Notes: generated by a model from the sequence alone, not told the origin. Positions 11,693-22,335 are shown, counted from the stretch's first letter. The stretch: 64,000 nucleotides of DNA from Oculatellaceae cyanobacterium bins.114 (GCA_033764315.1 JANRJA010000193.1:49119-113118), one strand, 5' to 3'. A program made the numbers and translations.

Positions 11693-12400
11693 TTAGTTTA
11701 AGAAGGGTTGTTCAGCAAGGGTATCTAACCCAACTGATCTCAGTAGCGTGGTCCACTGAGTGGCAATTTCAGGATTACGGGGTTGAGTTTGGCGCAGATT
11801 TGCCATACTGTTTAACGCGTCATACCAGATTCCGGCTTGAGCATAAACCCTGGGGCGATCGCCTTCTGCGGTTGCTGCCAACTGACTCGTTAAGGTGGTA
11901 GGAGGCGCAATCCGCTGAATCCACCCTTCCGAAAAAATATCCCCAGAGCGATCGTCAGGATCACATATCAGCGAGAAATACCAATGGTAATCTTTGCCAA
12001 TTTCAAGATCAGGCGCGTTTGCTTGATCCTTCAGTGAAAACGCCATAATTCCAGGGTCGCCACTGAGTTGAAACGTGCTGCGATAGACCTCATTGTCCTC
12101 CGCATCTAACAGCACAAACTCTGCTAGTGGACTGGCTGTTGGAGGGACATTCCAATAAAAGGTAGGACGGGCTTCTAACGTAGTCCCAAAATTTGTACTC
12201 GGAATCAAAGCAATCAGTGGTGGCTCACCTCGGAGGCAATTGCCACGAGTGCCGCCCCCTTCTCGTCGTCCTGGGGCTCCCCGATCCGGTGGGACATACT
12301 CTTGAGCGAGTGCCGCCAAGGGGAAGCCACCGCTCAACAATACAATCGATAACAGCAGATGCAAGGCAATCTGGAGATTGCGAGAAAAACGATGAGACAT
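11693..12400 (-). CDS. DUF928 domain exported protein
   Basis: Signal peptide; PGRREGGGTRG, YHWYFSLIC, GWIQR, GIWYDAL. Confidence 0.9.
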   Translation of the reverse strand: MSHRFSRNLQIALHLLLSIVLLSGGFPLAALAQEYVPPDRGAPGRREGGGTRGNCLRGEPPLIALIPSTNFGTTLEARPTFYWNVPPTASPLAEFVLLDAEDNEVYRSTFQLSGDPGIMAFSLKDQANAPDLEIGKDYHWYFSLICDPDDRSGDIFSEGWIQRIAPPTTLTSQLAATAEGDRPRVYAQAGIWYDALNSMANLRQTQPRNPEIATQWTTLLRSVGLDTLAEQPFLN

Positions 12401-12449
12401 GACGATTTCAAGAGGGCGAATGGTTCAACGAGCTTAAACCGATCTAAAA

Positions 12450-13235
12450 CTACTGTCCCAAATTGATGGTCTGATTGCTCTGGCTCAGATTGACGCGCTC
12501 AATGGGGGTTTCGCGAGTAATGTGAACCAAACCTACTGAATTCAATAAATTAACCCATTGAGAAGCAGGAACCGGACCACCTGTTTGAGAACGGAGTGTT
12601 GCAAGACTACTGATGGCATCGTACCAGATTCCTTGTTGTGCATAGATACTTGGGCGTTGCTCTAAGCTTGCCTGCTGTAACTCCGACTGCAAAGTTGCAC
12701 TGGGTTCAATGCGTTGGATCCAACTATCTACTACAACATCAGCTGAGCGATCGCTCATTTCGCAAACTAACGCAAAACTCCAGTGATAATTTTTACCGAC
12801 CTCTAACGCCGGTAGATTGGCATTGGCAGGCAAACTGAGACTGATAACCCCTGACGTTCTGGTTGTCTGGAAGGTTGCTTTATATAACTCGTTGTCTGAT
12901 TCATCACTCAAAATAAATTCAGCCGCAACCGCATTCTCAGCGTAGAACTGTGGTACGTAAACAAAAAAGGAGGGGTAATCGGTCGAGGTATAACCAAAAT
13001 TTTGGTCAGGCACCAGAGCGGTCAAGCGATCGTTAGATGAGATGGTAGTATCGCTGCGCCAGCATCCACGAGTACCCCCTCCTTCTCGGCGACCAGGTAA
13101 GCCGATATCTGCTGGAGGGTTGTAAGTCTGGGCGATCGCAGCCAGTGGCAAACCACCCAACAGCGTTCCTGCGATGAGTGCGACGTGTAAGGCTACACGA
13201 TAGGGAGGCATTAAAGGAGGGATAAGTCGAGACAT
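12450..13235 (-). CDS. DUF928 domain exported protein (paralog)
   Basis: PGRREGGGTRG, YHWSFALVC, WIQR, GIWYDA. Confidence 0.9.
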   Translation of the reverse strand: MSRLIPPLMPPYRVALHVALIAGTLLGGLPLAAIAQTYNPPADIGLPGRREGGGTRGCWRSDTTISSNDRLTALVPDQNFGYTSTDYPSFFVYVPQFYAENAVAAEFILSDESDNELYKATFQTTRTSGVISLSLPANANLPALEVGKNYHWSFALVCEMSDRSADVVVDSWIQRIEPSATLQSELQQASLEQRPSIYAQQGIWYDAISSLATLRSQTGGPVPASQWVNLLNSVGLVHITRETPIERVNLSQSNQTINLGQ

Positions 13236-13285
13236 ACTAAGTTGATCCTTGGTGATTGATGTAGATCTGCGAAAGGGAAAGCGTT

Positions 13286-13412
13286 TATAGCACCTGAAGA
13301 ATTGGTTAAAACGGGGTGCAGGGGCTTGCGTTCAAGATTCGCCTGAGTTCACGCCGAAGTCCAAACGGTGGAACCCTTAACCCTTGCATCAACGGTCTTG
13401 AAAGTTGCTATA
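13286..13412. mobile_element. MITE-like element with TATAGC...GCTATA ends
   Basis: TATAGCA at 13286 and TGCTATA ending 13412; same termini as the 41471 element. Confidence 0.55.
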
Positions 13413-13575
13413 TGAGTCTGATCACTCATCATGGTGGTGATTTAGGATGACGCAGGTGGTGCTCACTCAGCCCCAATGGATTTAATGCTGATGGGCGATC
13501 GCTCTAAAACAACGCTTAGGCAATGGCATAAAAAGTAACCAGGATGAACACAAATTAGTAGATGTCCCTACGGAT

Positions 13576-15609
13576 CTATAGATTCACTGAGTTTGCTTTT
13601 GTTTCCGCTTCAAATGAGGAACTTTCTAGCTCATTTTCAAGCATGTAATGAGAAATCTGAATTGAGGTAGCTGGCATGTGGGATATCACCCGATAAACAT
13701 TCACCAATTGTTGTTTGCCTTTCAGGGCCATCGGTCCCCAGGACTCAACTTGAAAGGCGTTTTGTAAGTAATCTAGCGTCTCTTGCGCAATCAACACTCG
13801 GCACACATCGGTTTGCCTATCTTTGGCACAGCTCTCTAAACGAGAGGCCGTATTGACACTATCGCCAATCACCCCATATTCCATTCGATCTTTGCCACCG
13901 AGACTGCCCACAACAATCTCACCGGTAAAGATACCCACTCGCATTTGCACAGGTTTTAAGCCCCGTTGTTGCCAAGCTTGATTGAGTTGATGGAGGCGAT
14001 CGCCCATCGCTAACGCACACGCCACCGCTTGATAAGCATCTTGAGCAATTTCTGCATCATTGACCCGTGGAATCGGCACCCCAAACACAGCAAGTAAGCC
14101 GTCTCCTGTAAATTTATTGACAATGCCGTGCTGTCGTTGAATCTCTTGCGTCATAGCCTCCAGATATTCATTGAGCCAATCCAGCAGGGCTTCAGGTGAC
14201 ATCTGTTCTGAAACCGTGCTGAAGTCTTTAATATCGGTAAACAACATGGTGGCAACCAATTTTTGCCCCGGCAATTTGCCCGATTGTAAGAGGCGATCGC
14301 GAGCTGCCCAGAGCGCATTCGCAATTTCTGGAGAGGTATTTTGCCCCAACAGGGTCATGACCATTTGTTGTTGACGCTGAGACTGTTGGGCTCGATAGGT
14401 CAACATCGTTCCTGCTGAAGCCAGCATTCCCACCATCGGAGCGACCAAAGGCACCCACCCCTGACACATCAAGATGGCAAAACATGTCCCTGATAACAAC
14501 AACGATAACCGCAGAATGCCAAAACCCAGATTAATGGGATGACGCACATGCCATACAAGAGCACTCCCGGCGATCGCCCATGAAACGATCCACAAACTCT
14601 CTGCCCACTCTGCCCAAAACCACATCAAAGGACGTTGATCCATCGACGCACTGAGAATCTGACTGACATTTTGAGCATGGATCGCCACCCCAGCCATTTG
14701 GTGGTTTCGTTCTGCACTGGCACTAAAAGGGGTATAAAATAGATCCTTGCCGCTGACAGCGGTGGTACCAATCAAAATAATTTTGTCTCTCACCCAGCTT
14801 GGGTCAAAGTCGTTGTGCAACACCTGAGTCAAGGTAATCTGTCGGGCAATGTTTTGGCTAGAGCGGTAGTTGAGTAAGACCTGATAGCCGCGATCATCAT
14901 TGTGCTGATATCCTCCCGAATCGATTTCAAGCGGCACAAACACAGCATGTCCCAGTTGCATATAGTCAGGATTCACTAAGCTCGGCTGGGGTTTGATGCC
15001 ACTCGCTCGCAAATATTGGGTAGCCAATCGTAAGGAAAACGAAAAATAAAGTTCGTTATCCATGCTCGCAAACATGAGGTTGCGGCGGATAATCCCATCT
15101 GGATCAATCGGCAGATCATTAAAACCAATGCGATCATAGGGAATATCTGGTGGAGGTGGCACACTGCGATCGCCCCCGTCGCTTAATTTGGTAATGACTA
15201 CAATATTGGAGTCTTGCAGGCGAGCCCTCAACAACTCATGTCCTGGAGGTTGTGGTAGATCGCGATGAAGGTCAAGCCCAATTACCTGAGGATGGTGTTG
15301 TTGTAAATTACCGAGAGCCGTTGCCAAATCTTGATCAGATGGAGTCGCCCGCCCTAGACTTTGGAGATCTTCTTCGGTAATTGCAACGATGAGCAACCGT
15401 GGATCGGCTCCCTCGTCAGGCCGAAGCCTCACCAGACGGTCATAAGCCCGGAGTTCTAACGGTTCTAACCAACCAATCTGTTCCACCGCGATGACTACAC
15501 TTGTAATGGTCAGACCAAAAGCAAACACGGCTTTCAATCCGGGAGCAATCGTAGGTTTAAAGGTTGTATGCCAATTCTGATAAAGTTGGCGGAGTCGCTT
15601 GAAGCTCAC
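13576..15609 (-). CDS. CHASE2-domain class III adenylate/guanylate cyclase
   Basis: CHASE2 (IGLD, DPDGIIRR, GVAIHA), about 3 TM helices, then FTDIKDFS, KFTGDG, GDSVNTASRLE. Confidence 0.93.
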   Translation of the reverse strand: MSFKRLRQLYQNWHTTFKPTIAPGLKAVFAFGLTITSVVIAVEQIGWLEPLELRAYDRLVRLRPDEGADPRLLIVAITEEDLQSLGRATPSDQDLATALGNLQQHHPQVIGLDLHRDLPQPPGHELLRARLQDSNIVVITKLSDGGDRSVPPPPDIPYDRIGFNDLPIDPDGIIRRNLMFASMDNELYFSFSLRLATQYLRASGIKPQPSLVNPDYMQLGHAVFVPLEIDSGGYQHNDDRGYQVLLNYRSSQNIARQITLTQVLHNDFDPSWVRDKIILIGTTAVSGKDLFYTPFSASAERNHQMAGVAIHAQNVSQILSASMDQRPLMWFWAEWAESLWIVSWAIAGSALVWHVRHPINLGFGILRLSLLLSGTCFAILMCQGWVPLVAPMVGMLASAGTMLTYRAQQSQRQQQMVMTLLGQNTSPEIANALWAARDRLLQSGKLPGQKLVATMLFTDIKDFSTVSEQMSPEALLDWLNEYLEAMTQEIQRQHGIVNKFTGDGLLAVFGVPIPRVNDAEIAQDAYQAVACALAMGDRLHQLNQAWQQRGLKPVQMRVGIFTGEIVVGSLGGKDRMEYGVIGDSVNTASRLESCAKDRQTDVCRVLIAQETLDYLQNAFQVESWGPMALKGKQQLVNVYRVISHMPATSIQISHYMLENELESSSFEAETKANSVNL

Positions 15610-15913
15610 AGATGCCTCTGAGGGTAGGGTTGCTTAGGAAGAATGGAGCACAATGCTCTGTTTCTGATCCAGCAGTGCTGTTAGGCATTGCCGAACAATT
15701 CATGTGGTAGATTGGCACCCAAAACCTGCAAGTAGACACGTTGGCTTGTTTTTGAAAAACTGAATGCCCCCTACAAATGGCTCTTTTAAAGAGAGACGAT
15801 ATAAAGGGCGCAGTATATAAAGTTTTTTAGGATGAGGGGTCTAACCCCTCATTTCTCTCTATTCCTATTTTTAGCACTCTGATCCGCTTACTATTAGAAA
15901 CTTTGCAATCCAA

Positions 15914-18592
15914 TCAAGTTTCAGGTGAAATAACACCTCGAACTAAGATCACTGTGCAATCACTGCTACGAGCGATCGCTTCAGGAATATTGCCTTTAAT
16001 TGCCTGTTGTAACAGGCCCTCACGACTAGCACCCAACACAATTACGTCGCAGTTTTCCTTTGACGCAAGTTTAACTACAGCATCTGAAACCGAATTTCCC
16101 CAAATCGGGTAAGCCATGATGGGGCAATCTACTTGATGGTTCAACTGAGCAATCGATTGTTGCAACAACGTTACATCTAGAGCTTCAACTCCAGGATCAA
16201 ACACCTGACATAACCGAACTGCCGGATCGGTGCTGAGGTTAATCAACGCTGGCAGCAATTTTAAACCCTGTTGTGAATTGGGTCCCCCTGCAATCGGCAC
16301 CAACCAACGATCAAACACTTCAGTCTCACTCAACTTCACCAAAATCACCTCACACGAGGCTTGCCGAATTACTGTATCAACGACACTGCCAAACACTCGC
16401 CCCGGAGTGGCCGTGTTGCCCTTCCAACCCATTAACACCAGGTCAATATGGCGTTCTTGAATTGTTTCTAGCATGGCTTGAGCCGCATCATGGGCAAGCC
16501 GAATCTGGGTATGCACAGGAATTTGCCAACTTTGGGCTGAAGCGTGAACCCACTGTTCGGCTTGTCGCAAGAGCCGACGACTAGCAGTAGTGCGAATGAC
16601 AGCCTCAGCCGGTGATTGGCTGCGAGGGACTTTAATCACCTGCAAACACTCCAACTCATAATGATGAGTTTGGGCGATCGCCACAGCCAATTTGAGCAAC
16701 AGAGGAGCCGTTTGGGGATTGCTCAACGGCACCAACAAACGCCCTTTGCCAATCGCAGGCGATCGCGTTTGATAGACCACATAAGACGGTTCGGGTTGAG
16801 GGCCAAACTGTTGCGTCTCACCACTGATGCGATCAGACTCGGCTCGAATAATATCAGCTCGTGTAATGATACCGACTAGTTTGTGCCCCTCGGTAACGGG
16901 CAATCGACTTAACTTAAAGCGATTTAGCAAATACAATACATGCGTCAACGGGTCTTTAGGAGATACCGTGACGGGTTGAGGCGTCATGATGTCTGCCAGA
17001 GTAATCATGTCTGCGTTAGCATTCGCCGGATAACGAGACGGATCGGCCAAATCGGTCTGAGTTACAATGCCCACGAGCTTGTTGTCGTCCACCACCGGAA
17101 AGCCCCGATGGTGCGATCGCGAAAACGCCTGCATTGCTTCACTTAGAGGCATCTGGCTAGACAACGTCTCGACTCGCCGTTGCATCAAGGTAGCAGCCGT
17201 CAGCTCTGCCCACGGCCCCTGAGTTACAATCGGGTCTTTATCCAGGTGAATACCATTCCACGCCAACAGTTGGTTATAAAACGAGCCACTGGCTGCTTTA
17301 TCTGCAATCAGATAGGCAATCACAGAACCAATCATTAACGGTAACACCAGGTTAAAGTCAGTCGTGATTTCAAAAACAATAACGATCGCCGTAATCGGTC
17401 CTCGCGTCACAGCACTAAAAAAGGCCCCCATCCCCGCCAGTGTATAGGTGGTTGTAGACCCAACTCCTGCTGGCAACCCCAGGGGAAGCCCCACCCACAC
17501 CTCTAGCGTTTGTGCAGATAGCCCCACCAGATGCCCTAATGCTGCACCCAAAATCAGCGACGGTGCAAAAATGCCTCCAGGTGCCCCAGAGCCATAGGCA
17601 ACTAGTGTGAGGATAAATTTGACCACAAATACCAGCAAAGTCACTTGCCATGCTGCCTCACCCGTACTGACAAAGTCTTGCAACCCAGTGCTGTCTCGAA
17701 ATGCAGGCGGCAATAACATGACCACGGCCCCCGATATTAGACCTGCCAGAGCAACCTTCCAGGGCAAACTCATCCGCAGCACATGCCGATTAAAGGCTAA
17801 CGAACCAAAAATGCCACGGCTAAACAATGCCCCCAACAACCCGGCTAGCAACCCTAAAATCAGAAAGAAGGGCACATCTTGTAGAGAAAAACGAGCATTC
17901 ACGGCGGTCATCATCGGGTCTAGGCTCAGCCCCTGCCCTCCTAACAAACGCGACACCACCGCTCCAATAAACGAGGCTAAAATCGCCGTTCCTAGCGTTA
18001 AGCCTGAAAAATCTTGTAAAAACTCTTCAACGACAAAGAGCACCCCCGCAATCGGCGCGTTAAATCCTGCCGCCAACCCTGCTGCTGCCCCTGCTGCAAT
18101 TAACTGTCGTCGATATTCTGGTGAGGTAGGAATCCACTGACTCATCTGCGCAGCCAAGGCAGCACCCACCTGCACCGTAGGGCCCTGACGTCCTAGATTC
18201 AAACCCGAACCCAGCACTATAACAACGCTAACCAGTTTAACGATCGCCACTCGCATATTGAGTGGAATGGGCACATTAGCTAACGCAGCTTTTACTTGAG
18301 GAATGCCACTGCCTGCGGCCTCTGGTGCAAACCGCTCGACTAACCATCCGGCAAACCACCCACCAATTAACCCAATCGCTGGTAAAACTAACCATGCTGG
18401 CAGTTGATAAGACAGTTGAACTCGCCATCCCCCAACCCAACCCACACATTGCTTCAACAAAACAGCCGCCAGACCCGAAACCAGCCCAATCACACAGGCT
18501 TCAAAAATGGCAAGGCGTTTTGACCCAAATAGTCTCTGAAACTTTGACCCAAACAGTCTCTGAAACTGCCGGGTAAGCGCATTTAAGCTCAT
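15914..18592 (-). CDS. ClC-family anion channel/transporter with CBS pair and two universal-stress domains
   Basis: GSGIP, GRQGP and GGIFAP motifs; CBS (FPVVD, LPVTE); USP-like C-terminus (VLMGW, IVLGAS). Confidence 0.93.
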   Translation of the reverse strand: MSLNALTRQFQRLFGSKFQRLFGSKRLAIFEACVIGLVSGLAAVLLKQCVGWVGGWRVQLSYQLPAWLVLPAIGLIGGWFAGWLVERFAPEAAGSGIPQVKAALANVPIPLNMRVAIVKLVSVVIVLGSGLNLGRQGPTVQVGAALAAQMSQWIPTSPEYRRQLIAAGAAAGLAAGFNAPIAGVLFVVEEFLQDFSGLTLGTAILASFIGAVVSRLLGGQGLSLDPMMTAVNARFSLQDVPFFLILGLLAGLLGALFSRGIFGSLAFNRHVLRMSLPWKVALAGLISGAVVMLLPPAFRDSTGLQDFVSTGEAAWQVTLLVFVVKFILTLVAYGSGAPGGIFAPSLILGAALGHLVGLSAQTLEVWVGLPLGLPAGVGSTTTYTLAGMGAFFSAVTRGPITAIVIVFEITTDFNLVLPLMIGSVIAYLIADKAASGSFYNQLLAWNGIHLDKDPIVTQGPWAELTAATLMQRRVETLSSQMPLSEAMQAFSRSHHRGFPVVDDNKLVGIVTQTDLADPSRYPANANADMITLADIMTPQPVTVSPKDPLTHVLYLLNRFKLSRLPVTEGHKLVGIITRADIIRAESDRISGETQQFGPQPEPSYVVYQTRSPAIGKGRLLVPLSNPQTAPLLLKLAVAIAQTHHYELECLQVIKVPRSQSPAEAVIRTTASRRLLRQAEQWVHASAQSWQIPVHTQIRLAHDAAQAMLETIQERHIDLVLMGWKGNTATPGRVFGSVVDTVIRQASCEVILVKLSETEVFDRWLVPIAGGPNSQQGLKLLPALINLSTDPAVRLCQVFDPGVEALDVTLLQQSIAQLNHQVDCPIMAYPIWGNSVSDAVVKLASKENCDVIVLGASREGLLQQAIKGNIPEAIARSSDCTVILVRGVISPET

Positions 18593-18755
18593 GAAAGTTG
18601 GGAAATAAAGAGCCTATTTCATCCACAGTCTTAAGCCTACGACAACCTGCTGCTAGATGCTTAGAACATCAAGATCAAAAAGGGGTAATACCAATTTAAA
18701 TTGGCTTCGCTGCATAGGATAACGATTTAGGAATTTAGGATCGCTCTAGATCAGC

Positions 18756-18799
18756 AAAAAATAAGGATAGGGTTTTCAATTGAAAGAACCCTATCCTTA
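18756..18799 (-). terminator. Rho-independent terminator after the DUF1997 gene
   Basis: TAAGGATAGGGTT...AACCCTATCCTTA stem with a T tail on the minus strand. Confidence 0.7.
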
Positions 18800-18857
18800 A
18801 ACCTATGGCTACATTAACGAGGACAGCAAACGTTGCAATCTTTAATATTTTGATGTC

Positions 18858-19595
18858 TTACTCTGAGTCAGCGTGGTTTACCGAATGACGTTGCCACAGC
18901 GTTTTTTTACGCTTCTTGGGTAAGGCAAGGTTATGGGTGCCATGAAAGTCGTCTTGAACCTTAGCCGTAAGGCGACGAGAAACTTGCCGCACAATTTGAT
19001 TGAGGAGGCGATCGCCCGTTGTTTGAATCAATGACTTGGGCAACGCATGAATGAATCGGGGAAATTGAATCGCAACTTCTAAGTTGAGTTCCCACTCAAC
19101 TCGAGTCATCTTAGCAGAGGAAGCGTCAGCATTCTTGGGGTGCTCCTCGTATTCTGCTTCGACAAGACACATGGAAGCTTGAAAATCGACTTCATACCCC
19201 GGAGGCTGATCGGCCAAGGGAATCGTCTGAATGCGATAAATGCCCTGGTCTTGAGGAAGCAAGTCTAACCCAATTTTAGGTTCGACATCATAGCCAAAAG
19301 AGCCAAATTTACCTACGGTTAGTGCATATCCAGTGTCACCCAATGGCTCAGTTTTCATCGGGTGAGCGCAACGTCTAAACCATTCACGGTGAGCATCTAA
19401 ATAGCTCCCTACTGTCTTGACATCAGCGTACATTTCCATGCAGCTTGTGTAGTAACCATGAAAATAGGTTGGCTCACTGGCATGGCGAATGGAATCGTCC
19501 ATAATTAAATCGCTGCCATCAACTAAACCCGATGCAATCCCCAGTATAGAACTAGAGCCTTCCAGAGATTGATATTCTGCTGAGTTTGCCTGCAT
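18858..19595 (-). CDS. DUF1997 family protein
   Basis: YLDAH.EWF.RCA.PM, EPKIGL, TGDRLL.QIVRQVS. Confidence 0.85.
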   Translation of the reverse strand: MQANSAEYQSLEGSSSILGIASGLVDGSDLIMDDSIRHASEPTYFHGYYTSCMEMYADVKTVGSYLDAHREWFRRCAHPMKTEPLGDTGYALTVGKFGSFGYDVEPKIGLDLLPQDQGIYRIQTIPLADQPPGYEVDFQASMCLVEAEYEEHPKNADASSAKMTRVEWELNLEVAIQFPRFIHALPKSLIQTTGDRLLNQIVRQVSRRLTAKVQDDFHGTHNLALPKKRKKTLWQRHSVNHADSE

Positions 19596-19930
19596 ACCAT
19601 TACTTCCATCACTAAATGTTGAGGCTGAGTTGGCAACGGGTCGGTCATTTATTATGACAGCCTGTCTGCTATTTCACTCAGCATATCCTGCCTTTTTAGA
19701 GAGTCACCATGCTCGATCTACGGAAAGGTAGATGGCATTTTTGGGGATCCGAGGCATGATCTGGATTGATCTACTGAGATCACCCACAAAGGGGCGTCTT
19801 GAATGGATACACTCATTATGGATAGGTTTCCCAATGGCATTGATGAAGTCAGCAAGCTGACGTTATCTTTCAGGTAACTTCATCAATTTGTCATATTAAA
19901 TTATCTAAACACTATTAATAGAGAGCATAC

Positions 19931-20590
19931 ATGAAAGCATTTGTAGCAGGAGCTACCGGCGAGACTGGACGACGGATTGTGCAAGCGTTAGTGCAACGTA
20001 ATATTCCAGTGCGGGCGTTAGTTCGAGACTTAAACAAGGCCAAACAGATTTTGCCTGAGGCCGTCGAATTAGTGGTTGGGGATGTGCTGAAACCAGAGAG
20101 CTTACCAGGGGCGATCACCGACAGCACTGTGATTTTGTCAGCCACGGGAGCCGCACCGAGTTTTGACCCAACAGGGCCTTATAAAGTGGACTATGAAGGC
20201 ACTAAGAACCTGGTGGATGCAGGCAAAACGGTTGGTGTTGAGCAATTTGTCATGGTGTCTTCGTTGTGCGTCTCGAAGTTACTACATCCCCTCAATTTGT
20301 TTTGGCTCATCTTAGTTTGGAAGAAACAGGGTGAAGACTATTTGAAGCAGAGTGGGTTGAATTACACGATTGTGCGTCCTGGTGGATTGAAGAATGAAGA
20401 CTCTACCGATCTGATTGTGATGTCTCAGGCAGATACCTTGTTTGAAGGCAGCATTCCTCGCGTCAAAGTGGCGCAGGTTTGTGTAGAGGCTCTATTTTCG
20501 CCAGAATCTCGCAATAAGGTGGTTGAGATTGTGGCTAAACCAGATGCTCCCTCTAAATCGTTTCAAGAGCTTTTTGCCAGCGTGAGTTGA
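19931..20590 (+). CDS. Atypical SDR NAD(P)H-binding oxidoreductase (Tic62/Ycf39-like)
   Basis: GATGETG Rossmann motif, VDYEG, VRPGGL. Confidence 0.9.
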   Translation: MKAFVAGATGETGRRIVQALVQRNIPVRALVRDLNKAKQILPEAVELVVGDVLKPESLPGAITDSTVILSATGAAPSFDPTGPYKVDYEGTKNLVDAGKTVGVEQFVMVSSLCVSKLLHPLNLFWLILVWKKQGEDYLKQSGLNYTIVRPGGLKNEDSTDLIVMSQADTLFEGSIPRVKVAQVCVEALFSPESRNKVVEIVAKPDAPSKSFQELFASVS

Positions 20591-20746
20591 TGTTAAAGGA
20601 ATGGGAGTGGGAAAAGACAGGGGGTAGGTTGAATAGGGGCGATCGCTTGAGTCGAGAGCATACACTATAAAATAACAGTGGCCATTGTTTGCTGTGCTGC
20701 TTGTTTCTTTGTCTCTGTTTGCTTGTCTCTGTTTGCTTATCTCTGA

Positions 20747-21466
20747 ATGTCTTCTGACAGTAACTCTAAACTCAACCCAACTCAGTCACCCAATCACTCT
20801 AAGGGAGGCACCCAACGCAAGCCTGGTGCGTTTGATTGGCTTATTCTTATCAGTGGCATCGTTGCAATTGGCTTAATCGTGATGGGAGAGCCATTTCGTT
20901 TGGGGTGGGGGCGATCGCGCTATGACCCCTCTTGGGACTACACCCCTGCTCCGTTAATGATGCAAGGCGGTGATCCCTATGTTCGGGCGTTGATGCGAAC
21001 CATTTCTGCCAGCGAAGCCAATAGCCCCCAACCCTACTCGTTGCTATATGGGGGTGAACATTTTCAAGATTTGAGCCAACATCCCGATCGTTGCATACCC
21101 ATTGTCACGGGTCCTAATGTGGGAGATTGCACCACCGCCGCAGGACGCTATCAGTTTCTTAGCAGCACCTGGATTGAGAAGGCTAAACTGTATCACCCTC
21201 AACCGGATGGGCTGTTCTTCTGGGAGCACTACAGTTTTCAGCCAGAGTTTCAGGATGAGGTCATGTATGCATGGCTGACAGACTTTGATGCATGGGGAGT
21301 GGATATAGCAGAACTCTTGCGATCGGGCGAGATCACTGAGGTTCTCTATATTCTGTCGCCTACCTGGACTAGCTTGGGATATGGCATCGAACCCAATGAC
21401 ATGACAGAAGCACTCCCTGAGCTTTACGAGCAAATGTTGCAGGAAGAGTTAGCCAATCTGCCGTAA
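20747..21466 (+). CDS. Membrane-anchored lambda-lysozyme-like muramidase / lytic transglycosylase
   Basis: N-terminal TM; LMRTISASE (catalytic Glu), TAAGRYQF..TW, W.SL. Confidence 0.85.
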   Translation: MSSDSNSKLNPTQSPNHSKGGTQRKPGAFDWLILISGIVAIGLIVMGEPFRLGWGRSRYDPSWDYTPAPLMMQGGDPYVRALMRTISASEANSPQPYSLLYGGEHFQDLSQHPDRCIPIVTGPNVGDCTTAAGRYQFLSSTWIEKAKLYHPQPDGLFFWEHYSFQPEFQDEVMYAWLTDFDAWGVDIAELLRSGEITEVLYILSPTWTSLGYGIEPNDMTEALPELYEQMLQEELANLP

Positions 21467-21491
21467 AATTTTTCCCTTTCAAGCCGCTTTT

Positions 21492-22259
21492 CTAGTGTCG
21501 TTCAGCGATTTTGGGAAGAGGCCGAGCTTGTTTGCGATGATGCATTGAGTTAGCTTCTATCCCAACCGTAGCATTGACGATCTCGACATTAAACCGATAT
21601 CCCACATTTCGCACTGTTTGAATAATGTTGGGTTGCCTCGGATCAGCTTCAATTTTTTTGCGCAACGAGAGAATGTGGGTGTCAACGGTGCGATGGTTGT
21701 CGATCGCATCAGGCCACGCTTTACGCAGCAACTCTGAACGGGTTAAAGGTAAACCCCCTGCTTGTGCCAAAACGTACAACAAGCTGAACTCTTGAGGAGT
21801 CAACTCGATCAACTCCTCTTTAAGACGAACTCGCCGTTGTACCAAATCAACCTTAAGATCGCCATAGTCTAGCGAAGCAGGTGCCGTAGTTGCTCTACTG
21901 CGCCGGGTCAGAGCCTCGACACGAGCCAAAAACTCCTGCATGCCAAATGGTTTGGTTAAATAATCATCGGCTCCAGCCCGTAACCCAGCCACAATATCTG
22001 CTTCAGCATTTCGCGCCGACAACATCAAAATCAAAGTCTGTCGCTGTTGTTGTAACCAGCGACAAAAATCGACTCCATCGCCATCGGGCAACTCCGAATC
22101 AAGAATGACGAGATGGGGTTGGCGCAACTGAAACACATCCCTAGCTTGCTGGAGGTCAGCGGATTGGTGAACCCAGTAACCTACTTGCTGCAAGTGCCAG
22201 CCAAGCAGCGATCGCAAATGGGGATTTCCTTCAACAATCTGAATGCAAACAGAGCCCAC
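21492..22259 (-). CDS. nrrA: OmpR-family response regulator NrrA/Rre37 (GTG at 22259 likely; TTG at 22268 possible)
   Basis: SVCIQIVEGNPHLRSLLGWHLQQ N-terminus typical of NrrA; winged-helix C-terminus; NtcA promoter upstream. Confidence 0.85.
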   Translation of the reverse strand: MGSVCIQIVEGNPHLRSLLGWHLQQVGYWVHQSADLQQARDVFQLRQPHLVILDSELPDGDGVDFCRWLQQQRQTLILMLSARNAEADIVAGLRAGADDYLTKPFGMQEFLARVEALTRRSRATTAPASLDYGDLKVDLVQRRVRLKEELIELTPQEFSLLYVLAQAGGLPLTRSELLRKAWPDAIDNHRTVDTHILSLRKKIEADPRQPNIIQTVRNVGYRFNVEIVNATVGIEANSMHHRKQARPLPKIAERH

Positions 22260-22293
22260 AGGGTTCAAGGTTTCTCTCAGGTTAGCGAGTCCA

Positions 22294-22335
22294 AGGTTAA
22301 CAGAGCAGTTGTCAAGGTTTTGTAACCACTGCTAC
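22294..22335 (-). promoter_or_regulatory. Canonical class II NtcA-activated promoter of nrrA
   Basis: GTA-N8-TAC at 22322-22335, exactly 22 nt, then -10 TAACCT (TAN3T) at 22299-22294. Confidence 0.9.

Noticed and set aside
20747-21466. Prophage lysis gene
   Set aside because: No holin, structural or integrase genes nearby; contains HIP1 and sits among core genes
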